This document shows, in pieces, positions 6,948 to 16,516 of a stretch of 23,101 nucleotides of DNA (the first letter of the stretch is position 1; every line of letters begins with the position of its first letter). The stretch lies in IMG/VR virus record IMGVR_UViG_2698536506_000012, one strand, 5' to 3'. Below the pieces are notes generated by a model, which made no database searches, was not told the DNA's origin, and was given only the letters and a program-made list of their open reading frames with translations. Source of the DNA: a virus. Lineage: Duplodnaviria; Heunggongvirae; Uroviricota; Caudoviricetes. The translations under genes and the position numbers were made by a program.

Positions 6948-9900
6948 TCAGACCACGCTGATGCCCAGCGTCTGTTTCTTAATCACCATAACCTGCACAT
7001 CGCTGGCAAACGTATCCGGCGGAATATCTGCCGAATGCCGTGTGGACGTAAGCGTGAACGTCAGGATCACGTTTCCCCGACCCGCTGGCATGTCAACAAT
7101 ACGGGAGAACACCTGTACCGCCTCGTTCGCCGCGCCATCATAAATCACCGCACCGTTCATCAGTACTTTCAGATAACACATCGAATACGTTGTCCTGCCG
7201 CTGACAGTACGCTTACTTCCGCGAAACGTCAGCGGAAGCACCACTATCTGGCGATCAAAAGGATGGTCATCGGTCACGGTGACAGTACGGGTACCTGACG
7301 GCCAGTCCACACTGCTTTCACGCTGGCGCGGAAAAGCCGCACTCGCCGCCTTTACAATGTCCCCGACGATTTTTTCCGCCCTCAGCGTACCGTTTATCGT
7401 ACAGTTTTCAGCTATCGTCACATTACTGAGCGTCCCGGCGTTCGCATTCACGTTACCACTGATATCGGCATTTTTCGCCGTCAGCCGGCCATCAGGTGTC
7501 AGGGAAAATGCCGGAGGATTACCGCCGCTGGTAATGGTGGGGGCCGTCAGGCGTTTCAGGAACACGTCATTCATGAATATCTGATTGCCCTGCGCCACAA
7601 ACATCGGCGTTTCATTCCCGTTTGCCGGGTCAATAAACGCGATACGATTGGCGGCAACCAGAAACTGGCTCAGTTTGCCTTCCTCTGTATCCTCCATGCT
7701 GAGGCCAAGTCCCGCGACATAATGTCTGCCGTCTCTGGTCTGCTCAATTTTGACGCCCCACATGGCATTCCATTTATCACTGGCGTCTTTCCACTCTTTC
7801 GAAAACTCATCCAGTCTGCTGGCGTTATCCTCCGTCAGGTCGACTTTTTCCAGCAACTCCTTGCCGAGATGAGATTCGGTTATCTTGCCTTTGAAAAAAT
7901 CCAGGTAACCTTCCGCATCATCGCTCGCCCGACCGACAGCCTCCACGAATGCCGATTTGCCAACGGTGTTCACACTGCGAACGTAAAAATAATAATCATG
8001 GCCCGGCCTGATATTGATACTGGCGGCTATCCAGTACAGCGCCGTACCAAGATAACGCGCGCTGGTTTCAACCTGCCTGATATCGGTAATCTGCTTTTCC
8101 GAGAACCAGAACTCAAACTGCACTGTCGGGTCATATACAGCCAGTTTCGGGACCGCCGTTATCTGAAAATAGCCCGGCGTCAGCTCAATCTGTGACGGTG
8201 CAGCCGGTGCGGCAATCCGGAAAGAGACCGACGCCGCATCGCCCTGTTGCCCCCACGCATTTACCGCCCGGACCGTCAGCGTGTAATGCCCCAGCGCCAG
8301 TTGCCTGAAGCGGTATGTGGTTTCCGTCGTCCTGGCCGTGCTGACCAGCCGCTCACTGCCGTCATCCGCTGCCACGGTCAGGCGAAGCAGGAAGCTCACG
8401 CCCTTCACCACCTTCGGCGTGTCCCAGCGCGCCAGCACCTGATACTCCCCGCTGTCTGCGGTGACTTCGGCGGTCAGGTGCTGCACCGCTGGCGGCGTGA
8501 CACCATTCACCGTGCCGCTCTGGTCGCCGTCAAAGTGCGCCCCGTTATCCACGATGGCCTCTTTTTCCGGTACATGCTGCACGGCGGTGATGGCATACGT
8601 GCCGTCGTCGTTCTCACGGATACTCACGCAGCGGAACAGGCGCTGGCGCAACGTCGGCAGCTTCAGCCCCCATACGCTGTATTCAGCAACGCCGTCAGGA
8701 ACACGGCTCACTTTCACCTTCACGCCGTCGGTGACGGACTGAACCTCCACGCTGACCGGACTCCCCTGCCCGTCAACCAGGCTTATCAGCGTGGTGCCGG
8801 AAGATGGCAGCGTGATTTCACGGTCGAGCGTCAGCGTCCGGGTCTGGCTGTTTACCGCCAGCACGCGCCCGCCGGTGCTGATACCGGCATAGTCATCATC
8901 ACAGATTTCAATGACATCGCCCGGCACATGGCGAAGCCCTTCTGCGCCCACGCTGAAGTCCACGGTCTGCGTTTCCAGCAGTTCTGTTTTAATCAGCCAC
9001 AGCCCGGCGCGGTGTGCCTGCCCCCGGCTGGTACAGCCAAAAGCATCCATCTTCGTGACGTTACGACCGTAACGGGCAATGGCCTGCGTATCCTCCACAA
9101 GCTCCGTCGCCGTCTCCCAGCCGTTATCCGGGTCAATCCAGTTCACCTCCACGGCATTATGGCGGTCTTTCAGGGCGCTGAAGCTGTAACGGAACGGCGC
9201 GCCATCATCCGGTATCACCACATTGCTGCGGTTATAGGTCCACACCTTATCCGACGGTCTGTCCTGCACGAACGTCAGCGTCTGTCCGTTCCATACCGGC
9301 ATACAGCGCATCGCCGAGCAGAAATCGCTGAGCACATCCCACGCCTTACGCTGTGATGCCAGATAAGCATTACAGGTGATACGCGGCTCCGTGCCACCAT
9401 AGCCATCCGGTACTGACTGGTCACAGTACTGACCGATAACATACAGGGTCCATTTATCCACCTCCGCTGCCCCGAGACGTTGTCCCATGCCATAACGCGG
9501 ATGGGTGAGCATGTCCCACAGGCACCAGGCCATGTTGTTACTGTATGCCGGTTTAAGTGTCCCGTCCCAGATACCGCTGTACTGCCGCGTCTGTGGATCA
9601 TAGTTCGACGGTACCTGCAGAATGCGTCCACGAAGATGGTAATTACGGCCCACCTGCTGGCTGCCAAACTGCTCTGAATCCACCTGTACGCCGACCAGTG
9701 CCGTGTTCGGGTATCCCTGTTTCACATCGATGATTTCGGTGTATGACGACCAGAGCGTTTTATTCTGCAGCTGGTCTGTGGTGCTGTCAGGTGTCATCCT
9801 GCGCATCCGGATACTGAACGGGCGCGGCGGCAGGTTATCCACCACCACCGAGGCCAGATACTGCGAGGTGGTTTTACCCTTAATGGTGATGTCTTTTTCT

Positions 9901-10346
9901 GTCACCCAGGCGCCGTTACGCTGGATCTGGGCCAGTAATCTCACTTCTGACGGATTGCGGTCCCCCTGAGACGTGGTTTCCACCAGAGCCTGCACACCAA
10001 ACGTAAAACGCAGGCGGTCGATATTTTCTGATGTGATGGTCCGGGTGATCGGCGTGTCATATTTCACTTCCGTACCCAGTACCGTCTCGGAGCCGGAGGA
10101 CTCAAAACCCTCCGGCGGAGTCTGCTCCTGCTCACCGGCACGGAACACCACCGTGACCCCGGAGAAATTGGCCTTACCTTCACTGTCCAGCACCGGCGTA
10201 CTGTTCAGCAACACGCTTTTCATTCCGTCCACCGGTCCTTCAATCGGCCCTTCACTGATCGCATCAATCACGCTCAGTAACTGCGTGGATTTCAGGTTAT
10301 CTTTCGCTTCGCGAGGAGTGTGCCCCTTGCTGCCACCTTTACCCAT
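6948..10346 (-). CDS. J: Central tail fibre / host specificity protein J (1132 aa)
   Basis: ATG at 10346. The N-terminus [24 protein letters not shown] and the overall length match lambda J, and it lies between I and lom. Confidence 0.95.
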   Translation of the reverse strand: MGKGGSKGHTPREAKDNLKSTQLLSVIDAISEGPIEGPVDGMKSVLLNSTPVLDSEGKANFSGVTVVFRAGEQEQTPPEGFESSGSETVLGTEVKYDTPITRTITSENIDRLRFTFGVQALVETTSQGDRNPSEVRLLAQIQRNGAWVTEKDITIKGKTTSQYLASVVVDNLPPRPFSIRMRRMTPDSTTDQLQNKTLWSSYTEIIDVKQGYPNTALVGVQVDSEQFGSQQVGRNYHLRGRILQVPSNYDPQTRQYSGIWDGTLKPAYSNNMAWCLWDMLTHPRYGMGQRLGAAEVDKWTLYVIGQYCDQSVPDGYGGTEPRITCNAYLASQRKAWDVLSDFCSAMRCMPVWNGQTLTFVQDRPSDKVWTYNRSNVVIPDDGAPFRYSFSALKDRHNAVEVNWIDPDNGWETATELVEDTQAIARYGRNVTKMDAFGCTSRGQAHRAGLWLIKTELLETQTVDFSVGAEGLRHVPGDVIEICDDDYAGISTGGRVLAVNSQTRTLTLDREITLPSSGTTLISLVDGQGSPVSVEVQSVTDGVKVKVSRVPDGVAEYSVWGLKLPTLRQRLFRCVSIRENDDGTYAITAVQHVPEKEAIVDNGAHFDGDQSGTVNGVTPPAVQHLTAEVTADSGEYQVLARWDTPKVVKGVSFLLRLTVAADDGSERLVSTARTTETTYRFRQLALGHYTLTVRAVNAWGQQGDAASVSFRIAAPAAPSQIELTPGYFQITAVPKLAVYDPTVQFEFWFSEKQITDIRQVETSARYLGTALYWIAASINIRPGHDYYFYVRSVNTVGKSAFVEAVGRASDDAEGYLDFFKGKITESHLGKELLEKVDLTEDNASRLDEFSKEWKDASDKWNAMWGVKIEQTRDGRHYVAGLGLSMEDTEEGKLSQFLVAANRIAFIDPANGNETPMFVAQGNQIFMNDVFLKRLTAPTITSGGNPPAFSLTPDGRLTAKNADISGNVNANAGTLSNVTIAENCTINGTLRAEKIVGDIVKAASAAFPRQRESSVDWPSGTRTVTVTDDHPFDRQIVVLPLTFRGSKRTVSGRTTYSMCYLKVLMNGAVIYDGAANEAVQVFSRIVDMPAGRGNVILTFTLTSTRHSADIPPDTFASDVQVMVIKKQTLGISVV

Positions 10347-10406
10347 TTATCTGGCTCCATTAACAACAAAACCGCCCGGAGGCGGTTTCACATAAAACGT
10401 TTTACA

Positions 10407-11054
10407 TTAGCGACCAATCACCACAACCTGACCACCATCACCCTCATCAGCAGTACTGATACTCTGTGAAATCACACGCGACCCCACACGCATCTCACCA
10501 TACAGTACCGGTAACGGATTCCCCTGGGCGATCATATTATCCAGCGAGGAAAAAAAGGTGTTCTGTTTGCCGTTATCCGCGGACTCCATGGACGGCGTTT
10601 TGATGGCCGGTGTCAGCATCTGCGCTATCCCGCCGAGGATCATACTGGCCCCGGCGGCATACATCCCCGTAAGTGCTGCCGCACCCAGCCAGCCCGCGGG
10701 GTTCCACCAGGCTACCGCAACAACCACAGCACCCAGGATGGTCTGAAAAATTCCGCCATGCTTTGCACCGGCAAGCCGGGGAACAATGTGGATCACCGCA
10801 CCGTCCGGTAACGGCTCATGGAGCTGTGCCGTTACCCCGGACTCGCTGACATCCCGCCCGGCGATACGTACCTGATACCAGCCGTCACTCAGTTTCTGAC
10901 GAAACGACGGAAGTTGTGTGGCCAGCGCCCGGATGGCTTCAGCCCCCGTTTTCACACGAAGGTCGATACGGCGACCAAATCGTTGCAAATCCCCGTAAAG
11001 GCAGAGGCGTGCCATGCCCGGTGCCGCCAGAGGGAGTGTGTGCGTCGCTGCCAT
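10407..11054 (-). CDS. I: Tail assembly protein I (215 aa)
   Basis: ATG at 11054. MAATHTLPLAAPGMARLCLYGDLQRFGRRIDLRVKTGAEAIRALATQL... and the C-terminus ...EGDGGQVVVIGR match lambda I. Its 5' end overlaps the 3' end of K, as in lambda. Confidence 0.9.
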   Translation of the reverse strand: MAATHTLPLAAPGMARLCLYGDLQRFGRRIDLRVKTGAEAIRALATQLPSFRQKLSDGWYQVRIAGRDVSESGVTAQLHEPLPDGAVIHIVPRLAGAKHGGIFQTILGAVVVAVAWWNPAGWLGAAALTGMYAAGASMILGGIAQMLTPAIKTPSMESADNGKQNTFFSSLDNMIAQGNPLPVLYGEMRVGSRVISQSISTADEGDGGQVVVIGR

Positions 11055-11695
11055 TTTTCTGTATACCTCTCTCGTTTACTCAGTTGTTCAGGAATATGGT
11101 GCAGCAGCTCGCCGTCACCACAGTAAATGGCGGCATGATTCGGCACCGATGAACCAAAGCAGCACAGCAACACATCGCCCGGCTGCGCCGCTGACAGGGT
11201 GACCGGGTAAAAGCCGGTATCTGCCATGTTGTCCAGGTAAAGATTCTGACCGTTACGCCACCAGTCATCCTCACGATGAAAATCCGGTATCTCAATTCCT
11301 GCCAGATGATAAGCGTCCCGGAACAGCGTGTAACAGTCCGTCACCCCGTGATCAAAGCGCCTTCCGGTCAGATGTGGCACGCAGCGGAATTTATGGAGAG
11401 CCCCCCGACAGACCAGCCACCACGGCAAATCACTCTGTACCTGCAGCTGACGGTCGGCTTCACTCAGCCAGGGCAGACCACCGGGATGGCTGTGGACCAG
11501 CGCCACCACCTCGCCCTGTATTTGTGCCCGCAGCCAGTCTTCCGGTACCATCCGGAAACACGCCTCCGGAGTACCGGAGATATTCACGCAGGGAAGATAC
11601 CTTTCCCCCTCCGGCGTTCTCACCACGAAGCCGCACGACTCCGCTGGCGCACATCGCCGGGCGTGCGCCAGAATCACTGATTCAGTCTCTGTCAT
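10952..11695 (-). CDS. K: Tail assembly protein K (MPN/JAMM plus NlpC/P60 domains, about 247 aa)
   Basis: ATG at 11695, 4 nt after the L stop. It carries a JAMM motif HSHPGGLPWLSEAD (HxH-x7-S-x2-D) with an upstream Glu, and an NlpC/P60-like Cys (GVTDCYTLF) and His (NHAAIY). The ORF-track start at 11770 is a GTG inside L and is unlikely. Confidence 0.85.
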   Translation of the reverse strand: MTETESVILAHARRCAPAESCGFVVRTPEGERYLPCVNISGTPEACFRMVPEDWLRAQIQGEVVALVHSHPGGLPWLSEADRQLQVQSDLPWWLVCRGALHKFRCVPHLTGRRFDHGVTDCYTLFRDAYHLAGIEIPDFHREDDWWRNGQNLYLDNMADTGFYPVTLSAAQPGDVLLCCFGSSVPNHAAIYCGDGELLHHIPEQLSKRERYTEKWQRRTHSLWRHRAWHASAFTGICNDLVAVSTFV

Positions 11696-11699
11696 GGAT

Positions 11700-12398
11700 T
11701 TACTGCGAAAGTTTATTGATGGAAAGGAAACCGCCAAAGTTACCGACGTTATGACGTGACTTACAGCCACTCAGGCATTTACTGCATTTATCCTTCGTGA
11801 TATCAGACGTCGGCTGGTCATATTCATCCGCGACAGCCGGACCGTGATAACCGCACTCATCACCGCGATAGGTCCAGGTACAGGTGTTGGCCAGCATGGT
11901 ACGTCCCGGGAAAACCGCACCGTCTGTCTCCGCTGGCGAGGCCAGAACAAACGTTGCCGTCACCGCCGTCAGATCGCTGCACTGTTCAATACGCCAGTAA
12001 CTGATCACCTCCTGTTCCGGATCGGCTTCACTGTTTCCGTTGGTAAAATTCACCGCATCCAGAAAACGGGCGTAAACCTTACGCCGGATCACCGTTCCGC
12101 CAGCCAGACTCTGTAAATCCTCCACCATCCCGGTAACCATCCCGTACAGATTGGACACCGTCAGGGTGGGGCGGGCGCTGCTTCCCTTGCCTTTCATTTC
12201 AAACCCTGCTCCCTGAACAGGATACACCTCATATTTCCGGCCCTGCCAGGTGACGGCCTCCCCCTTCTCGTTAGGCTCATTACTGAAAAAATAACGCTCC
12301 CCGCCAATCTCTGTCAGATCAATTTCCCAGAGTACCAGACTGGCAGACTGCTCCGTACGGGTACATTCATTCAGTGTTTCCTGCCGGATATCCTGCAT
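11700..12398 (-). CDS. L: Minor tail protein L (232 aa)
   Basis: ATG at 12398 preceded by GGAGG. The sequence carries the Cys-rich C-terminal stretch (CSKCLSGCKSRHN) I recall for lambda L, and the gene sits between M and K. Confidence 0.92.
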   Translation of the reverse strand: MQDIRQETLNECTRTEQSASLVLWEIDLTEIGGERYFFSNEPNEKGEAVTWQGRKYEVYPVQGAGFEMKGKGSSARPTLTVSNLYGMVTGMVEDLQSLAGGTVIRRKVYARFLDAVNFTNGNSEADPEQEVISYWRIEQCSDLTAVTATFVLASPAETDGAVFPGRTMLANTCTWTYRGDECGYHGPAVADEYDQPTSDITKDKCSKCLSGCKSRHNVGNFGGFLSINKLSQ

Positions 12399-12407
12399 CC
12401 GTCCTCC

Positions 12408-12737
12408 TCATACCACGACCTGTTCAAAATTTGCGGTTACCGTGACCCACAGCGCCCCCACACTGGACGACCATTTACGGCAGACCACCCGGACAGGTGT
12501 CCAGCCATAAGGCGGTGTCCACTGAAACGCCCTGACCCCACCGTGCCGGGCCAGAAACGCTTCCAGCGCCTGATGCTCCCCTTTACGGACACGGATCGTG
12601 ACACTGTACGTTGGCAACAGAGGATTCAGTCCCGCCGGACGACGCTGTTCATAACCATCACCCAGTTTAACTGTCACCACTTTTGGCTCTGAATCCACCT
12701 TCATATCCGGACGGACTTTCCAGCTAAATATCTCCAT
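12408..12737 (-). CDS. M: Minor tail protein M (109 aa)
   Basis: ATG at 12737 overlaps the H stop (ATGA coupling). MEIFSWKVRPDMKVD...WTPPYGWTPVRVVCRKWSS...FEQVV matches lambda M. Confidence 0.9.
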   Translation of the reverse strand: MEIFSWKVRPDMKVDSEPKVVTVKLGDGYEQRRPAGLNPLLPTYSVTIRVRKGEHQALEAFLARHGGVRAFQWTPPYGWTPVRVVCRKWSSSVGALWVTVTANFEQVVV

Positions 12738-15700
12738 CACCGGTATACTCCGCTTAACTGCCCGCCATCACGGGACTGTTGTTGCATAAAATCTTCTGCA
12801 GCCCTTTTCCCCAGGTTGTAAACCGCCTGCATGACTTCCGGCCCAATCTGTCCGTTCTGGCCATCATTATTGATCTCGATGTTGTACTGCGGCGCAAACA
12901 TCACCATCCCCGAACCACAGGTCGCTGCCACAACACCCAGCTTACCGTCAGCCCCCCTGCGCAAGGGCAGGATAGCCTCAGGCCCCGCTTCACCCATCAC
13001 CCCCGCGCCTTTTGCAAAAGCAAAAAACGTTGGACGGTTAACCACCGTGCCACTGTAGCGACTCAAATCAGCAGACTGATAAACACCACCTTCTGCATTG
13101 GTTTTCACATCACCGAAATCAAACCCCATCACACTGCCAATCCCTTTGACAGCCTTCATCATGGTTGCCTGCGCCAGAATTTTTGCCATATCTGACAGCA
13201 CAGATGAGGTGAAAGATTTGAAATTGAGTTTGCCGGTGGTAACAAAAGTTGCCAGACCATTTCCCATACTACTGAAAGCAGACATAAACATCTGTTCTGC
13301 AGTCCCGGCAGCATTATCCGCGTCGGCAGTAAAATTCATGAACGCGCGTTTTGTACCGTTTTTCCACTCCCCCTGCGCAGCATCCATCTGTTGCCAGTAG
13401 CGGCGATTCTCATTCAGTTTCCGGTTCAGACTGTCTGTCAGCGTCTGTTCAGCCTTCCGGTATGCGTCAGAACCATACGAGCCTTTCTGCTTACTGTCCC
13501 GTTCAAGTTGCTCCAGCTGTTGCTGGTACTGCTGTCGTAGACGCAACTGCGACTGGTACCGCTGCCGTTGCTTATCGCCCATTCCCGCCATGGCAACGTC
13601 CAGATCGTGTTGCTGACGCTGTGCGCGCTCTTCCTCAGCCAGTTGACTGGTCAGCTGAATGGTCTTTTTCTTCAGGTCATTGAGGGCAGTCTGCTTCTGC
13701 AGCTCCTGCTGTTTTGCATCCAGCAGCGTCAGTGCCTGAATCAGCTCATCCTTGTGAGCCAGAACACTTTTTTCATCTGCTGTCAGTTTTTTACCGGCTA
13801 AATCGCTGATACGCTGCTGAAGGGCCAGAAGCTGTTTATGCGCTTCTGTCATCCTTTCAGTAGCCATGCCCGCTGACTGTCTGGCGGCGGCAATCTGTCC
13901 CTCCACCTGCGCCTGTTGCTGGCTGTACTGCAGTAATAACCGGGTGGCCTCATCATTACGGGTGGCAGGCGTTTTTTTCTTAATGGCTTTTTCGTAACGT
14001 TCATTTTCACGCTGTATCGCTGCGTCCCTGACCGCCTGATCGGCGTACTGCATGGCATTAATACGCGCAATTTCACGCTGATGTCGTGCTGCTTCCGTTT
14101 CGTTCATCCGGTTCAGCGCGGCATTTTCAGCATTCCGGCGTTTCTGCTGCTCCTGATAATTTCGCTCAGCCTGCTCTTTTGCATCCTGCAAATCCTGCTG
14201 GCGTTTTCGCTCTTGCAGCGCATCCAGTTGTTGCTGATCGTATTCCCCCGTGGTGGACGCCTTAGTCCACGGAAATTTCTTCGCCCGCTGAATTTTTTCC
14301 TGCAGCGACGCAATCTGCGCATCAAGGGAATCTTCCCGACCAATGTTCATGGCCGCATCCCAGAACTGCTTCCACCAGTCAGACAAGGTTTGCAGCGTAC
14401 TGCCCAGCGCATTGAGGTTATTATCAATATCCGACGTACGTTTACCGGTTTCCTCTGCCAGTGCAGACATGGCTATCCGGGCGGCGTCACTGGTGCGCCC
14501 CTGCTCTCCGAGCACACGGATCTGTTCAAGCTGGGTGGCTGTCAGAAAATGCAGTTCATCATCCAGCGCCTTCGCAGCACTGACCGGATCATCCTTCAGC
14601 CGTTTAAACTGACTGATGGTGTCACTGACAGACTGCCCTACCGAGCGTTCCATCTGTGCGGCAGCTTTCGCCACCATACCAATATCGTTACCGTGAAATG
14701 CACCGCTCCCCACTACCTGCGCCAGTGACCCCGCCATGGCATGTTGCGTGATGCCATTACCGGAAAGATTTTTACTGAGCGCCCACAACTGCCCGGCTGT
14801 CACACCGGCATAGTGTCCGGTGAGCTCAAGCTGCCGGTTAAAGGCTTCGCCTTCTTCCTGCCCCTCCATCCAGGCTTTACCCAGACCAATAACCGCAGCA
14901 GTGATCCCTCCGATAACTCCCCCCACCGCCAGGCCTTTCGGCGTCATTAATTTATCAATCCAGCCGGCACGGTTAGCCAGGGTGATCCCGGAGCCACGAA
15001 GCGCACCGAAATTACCACGCGCCAGTTCACCAATCATGACCCCCAGCTCCCGACGGGCTGCCGCACTTTTCAGTCCCAGCGAATGTGTGGTGTTTCCGGC
15101 TTTCTCCATTTTACGGATGTACACCTCCGCGGCACTGCTGCACCCAAGTTGTGCCGCCTTTGCCCGAAGCAGTTCCGTCGTGGTCATTTTCTGGCGACTT
15201 GTCTGTTCTTTCAGCTGACGAATAAATGCGGTTTTCTGGCGGGTGGCCGTTTCCTCTGCCTGTGTCAGAACGCGGGTTTTCGCTGTCACCTCAGAAATCA
15301 GGGCCAGATAATCCTGCTGAGCAATCCCGCCACTGTTTCTGGCCTGTCGGATCTGCTGCTGAATACGCTGTAACTCCTGCAGCCCCGCACTGGCCTGTTT
15401 TACGCTGTCGATCTGACGATAAAATGCGGCAGCCATCTTATCCTGCGCCGCAGCCAGCGCAGCCGCCTGAACCTGCTCCTCCCGCATCTGACGACTCAGG
15501 GCCTCCATCCGCAGGCGCGCCCTTTCCACATCTTCCGCCAGCGAAACATGCCCCTGCGCATGCTTCACCACGGCCTGAGTCTGTATCACCGTCGCGCTGG
15601 CAGCCTGTTTCTGACTTTCCTCAAACCGTTTCATACGGGCTTCGGCCCGCTCCGCCTCCCTTGCTGTACCATTCAGCAGATTTTTTACACGCGGAAGCTG

Positions 15701-15760
15701 CTCTTTAAAATCGGCGGTATCAATGCTTAAATCAATGACAAGGTCAGCAATCTGGTCCAA
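12737..15760 (-). CDS. H: Tail tape measure protein H (1007 aa)
   Basis: The N-terminus (M)DQIADLVIDLSIDTADFKEQ aligns with the lambda H N-terminus, and the C-terminus ...NNDGQNGQIGPEVMQAVYNLGKRAAEDFMQQQSRDGGQLSGVYR aligns with the lambda H C-terminus. The only in-frame start near the conserved N-terminus is TTG at 15760, with GGAGG about 8 nt upstream. Confidence 0.9.
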   Translation of the reverse strand: MDQIADLVIDLSIDTADFKEQLPRVKNLLNGTAREAERAEARMKRFEESQKQAASATVIQTQAVVKHAQGHVSLAEDVERARLRMEALSRQMREEQVQAAALAAAQDKMAAAFYRQIDSVKQASAGLQELQRIQQQIRQARNSGGIAQQDYLALISEVTAKTRVLTQAEETATRQKTAFIRQLKEQTSRQKMTTTELLRAKAAQLGCSSAAEVYIRKMEKAGNTTHSLGLKSAAARRELGVMIGELARGNFGALRGSGITLANRAGWIDKLMTPKGLAVGGVIGGITAAVIGLGKAWMEGQEEGEAFNRQLELTGHYAGVTAGQLWALSKNLSGNGITQHAMAGSLAQVVGSGAFHGNDIGMVAKAAAQMERSVGQSVSDTISQFKRLKDDPVSAAKALDDELHFLTATQLEQIRVLGEQGRTSDAARIAMSALAEETGKRTSDIDNNLNALGSTLQTLSDWWKQFWDAAMNIGREDSLDAQIASLQEKIQRAKKFPWTKASTTGEYDQQQLDALQERKRQQDLQDAKEQAERNYQEQQKRRNAENAALNRMNETEAARHQREIARINAMQYADQAVRDAAIQRENERYEKAIKKKTPATRNDEATRLLLQYSQQQAQVEGQIAAARQSAGMATERMTEAHKQLLALQQRISDLAGKKLTADEKSVLAHKDELIQALTLLDAKQQELQKQTALNDLKKKTIQLTSQLAEEERAQRQQHDLDVAMAGMGDKQRQRYQSQLRLRQQYQQQLEQLERDSKQKGSYGSDAYRKAEQTLTDSLNRKLNENRRYWQQMDAAQGEWKNGTKRAFMNFTADADNAAGTAEQMFMSAFSSMGNGLATFVTTGKLNFKSFTSSVLSDMAKILAQATMMKAVKGIGSVMGFDFGDVKTNAEGGVYQSADLSRYSGTVVNRPTFFAFAKGAGVMGEAGPEAILPLRRGADGKLGVVAATCGSGMVMFAPQYNIEINNDGQNGQIGPEVMQAVYNLGKRAAEDFMQQQSRDGGQLSGVYR

Positions 15761-16456
15761 ATCTCATTCCTCCCGATATACCTTCCCCCAGATGCATCAG
15801 CTCTTCATCCGTGCGTTCAGGGATCACCCTGTCATCCGTAACCAGACTGAAATCATCCGCCGGAATACGTTCACCGGACACCATCTGAACCATCAGCGAC
15901 TTCAGTGTGGAAATCTGTGCATCCAGCCAGATATCCCCGAAACTCTGCTTCCTGAAGAAATCCCCCCATTCGCCCAGTTCTGACGCTGACATTTCTGATA
16001 ACATCCGCCGCCAGTCTGCCCGCCGGAACTCACGGGCAAGCTGCATCACAAACTGCATCTCCCGCGTCAGGACTTTTCCGGTGTCAGAGGAACCTGTTCA
16101 CCGTTCTGAACATCACCGGTGGAGACCGGCATACCACTCAGGGATAAAACCAGACTGCCCCCGTCGCCAAGCGCGTCATAAGACCAGGTGTTTTTTACAT
16201 CCTCATTCAGCGCATCCACATCCTGTGACGGGTCCGTATTCCACATTGACCGGGAAACCAGCCAGGCGTTGATATCCATCCCCATACGCAGAAATTCAAT
16301 CTGACGTTCAGCCACCGGCATGGCATCATCCAGGGCGTCAAACTCAGCCGTCCGTTTCTGGACAAACGACAGATATTCCACCCGCTGCAGCCCGGACAGT
16401 TCTGTCATAACCACAGACTGATCACCGTAATTAAATGTGTCCTGTTTCAGAAACAT
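15744..16456 (-). CDS. Tail assembly chaperone G-T (fusion made by a programmed -1 frameshift near the end of G)
   Basis: A 104-codon ORF (15744-16058) lies in the -1 frame relative to G and overlaps its 3' end. That frame is open back to a stop at 16100-16098, and the arrangement sits between V and H as in lambda G/GT. Confidence 0.7.
16067..16456 (-). CDS. G: Tail assembly chaperone G (about 129 aa)
   Basis: ATG at 16456 (MFLKQDTFNYGD..., like lambda G MFLK...) with a GGAGAAGG ribosome-binding site; stop TGA at 16069-16067. The ORF-track start at 16477 is a TTG. Confidence 0.85.
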   Translation of the reverse strand: MFLKQDTFNYGDQSVVMTELSGLQRVEYLSFVQKRTAEFDALDDAMPVAERQIEFLRMGMDINAWLVSRSMWNTDPSQDVDALNEDVKNTWSYDALGDGGSLVLSLSGMPVSTGDVQNGEQVPLTPEKS

Positions 16457-16473
16457 AACCTTCTCCGCAAACA

Positions 16474-16498
16474 ACAAAAAAACCCCGGCATACCGGGG
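16474..16498 (-). terminator. Stem-loop plus U-tract immediately downstream of V
   Basis: On the - strand: ACCCCGG-TATG-CCGGGGT followed by TTTTTTTGTTGTTT, lying between the V stop (16517) and the G ribosome-binding site. Confidence 0.6.
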
Positions 16499-16516
16499 TA
16501 CAAACAGACCGTCTGA

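Noticed and set aside
8247-9356. 369-codon ORF on the + strand inside J
   Set aside because: It is antisense to the well-supported J gene, has an Arg/His/Pro-rich low-complexity translation and no ribosome-binding-site context. It is the typical spurious opposite-strand ORF seen in GC-rich coding sequence.
14081-14728. 215-codon + strand ORF inside the tape measure gene
   Set aside because: It is antisense to H with a Leu/Phe/Arg-rich translation, and is a by-product of the biased codon composition of the coiled H region.
15744-16058. T ORF as an independent gene starting at its own ATG (16058)
   Set aside because: It overlaps the G stop in the -1 frame with no ribosome-binding site, and the frame is open upstream into G. 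This fits the conserved G-T frameshift arrangement rather than a separate gene.
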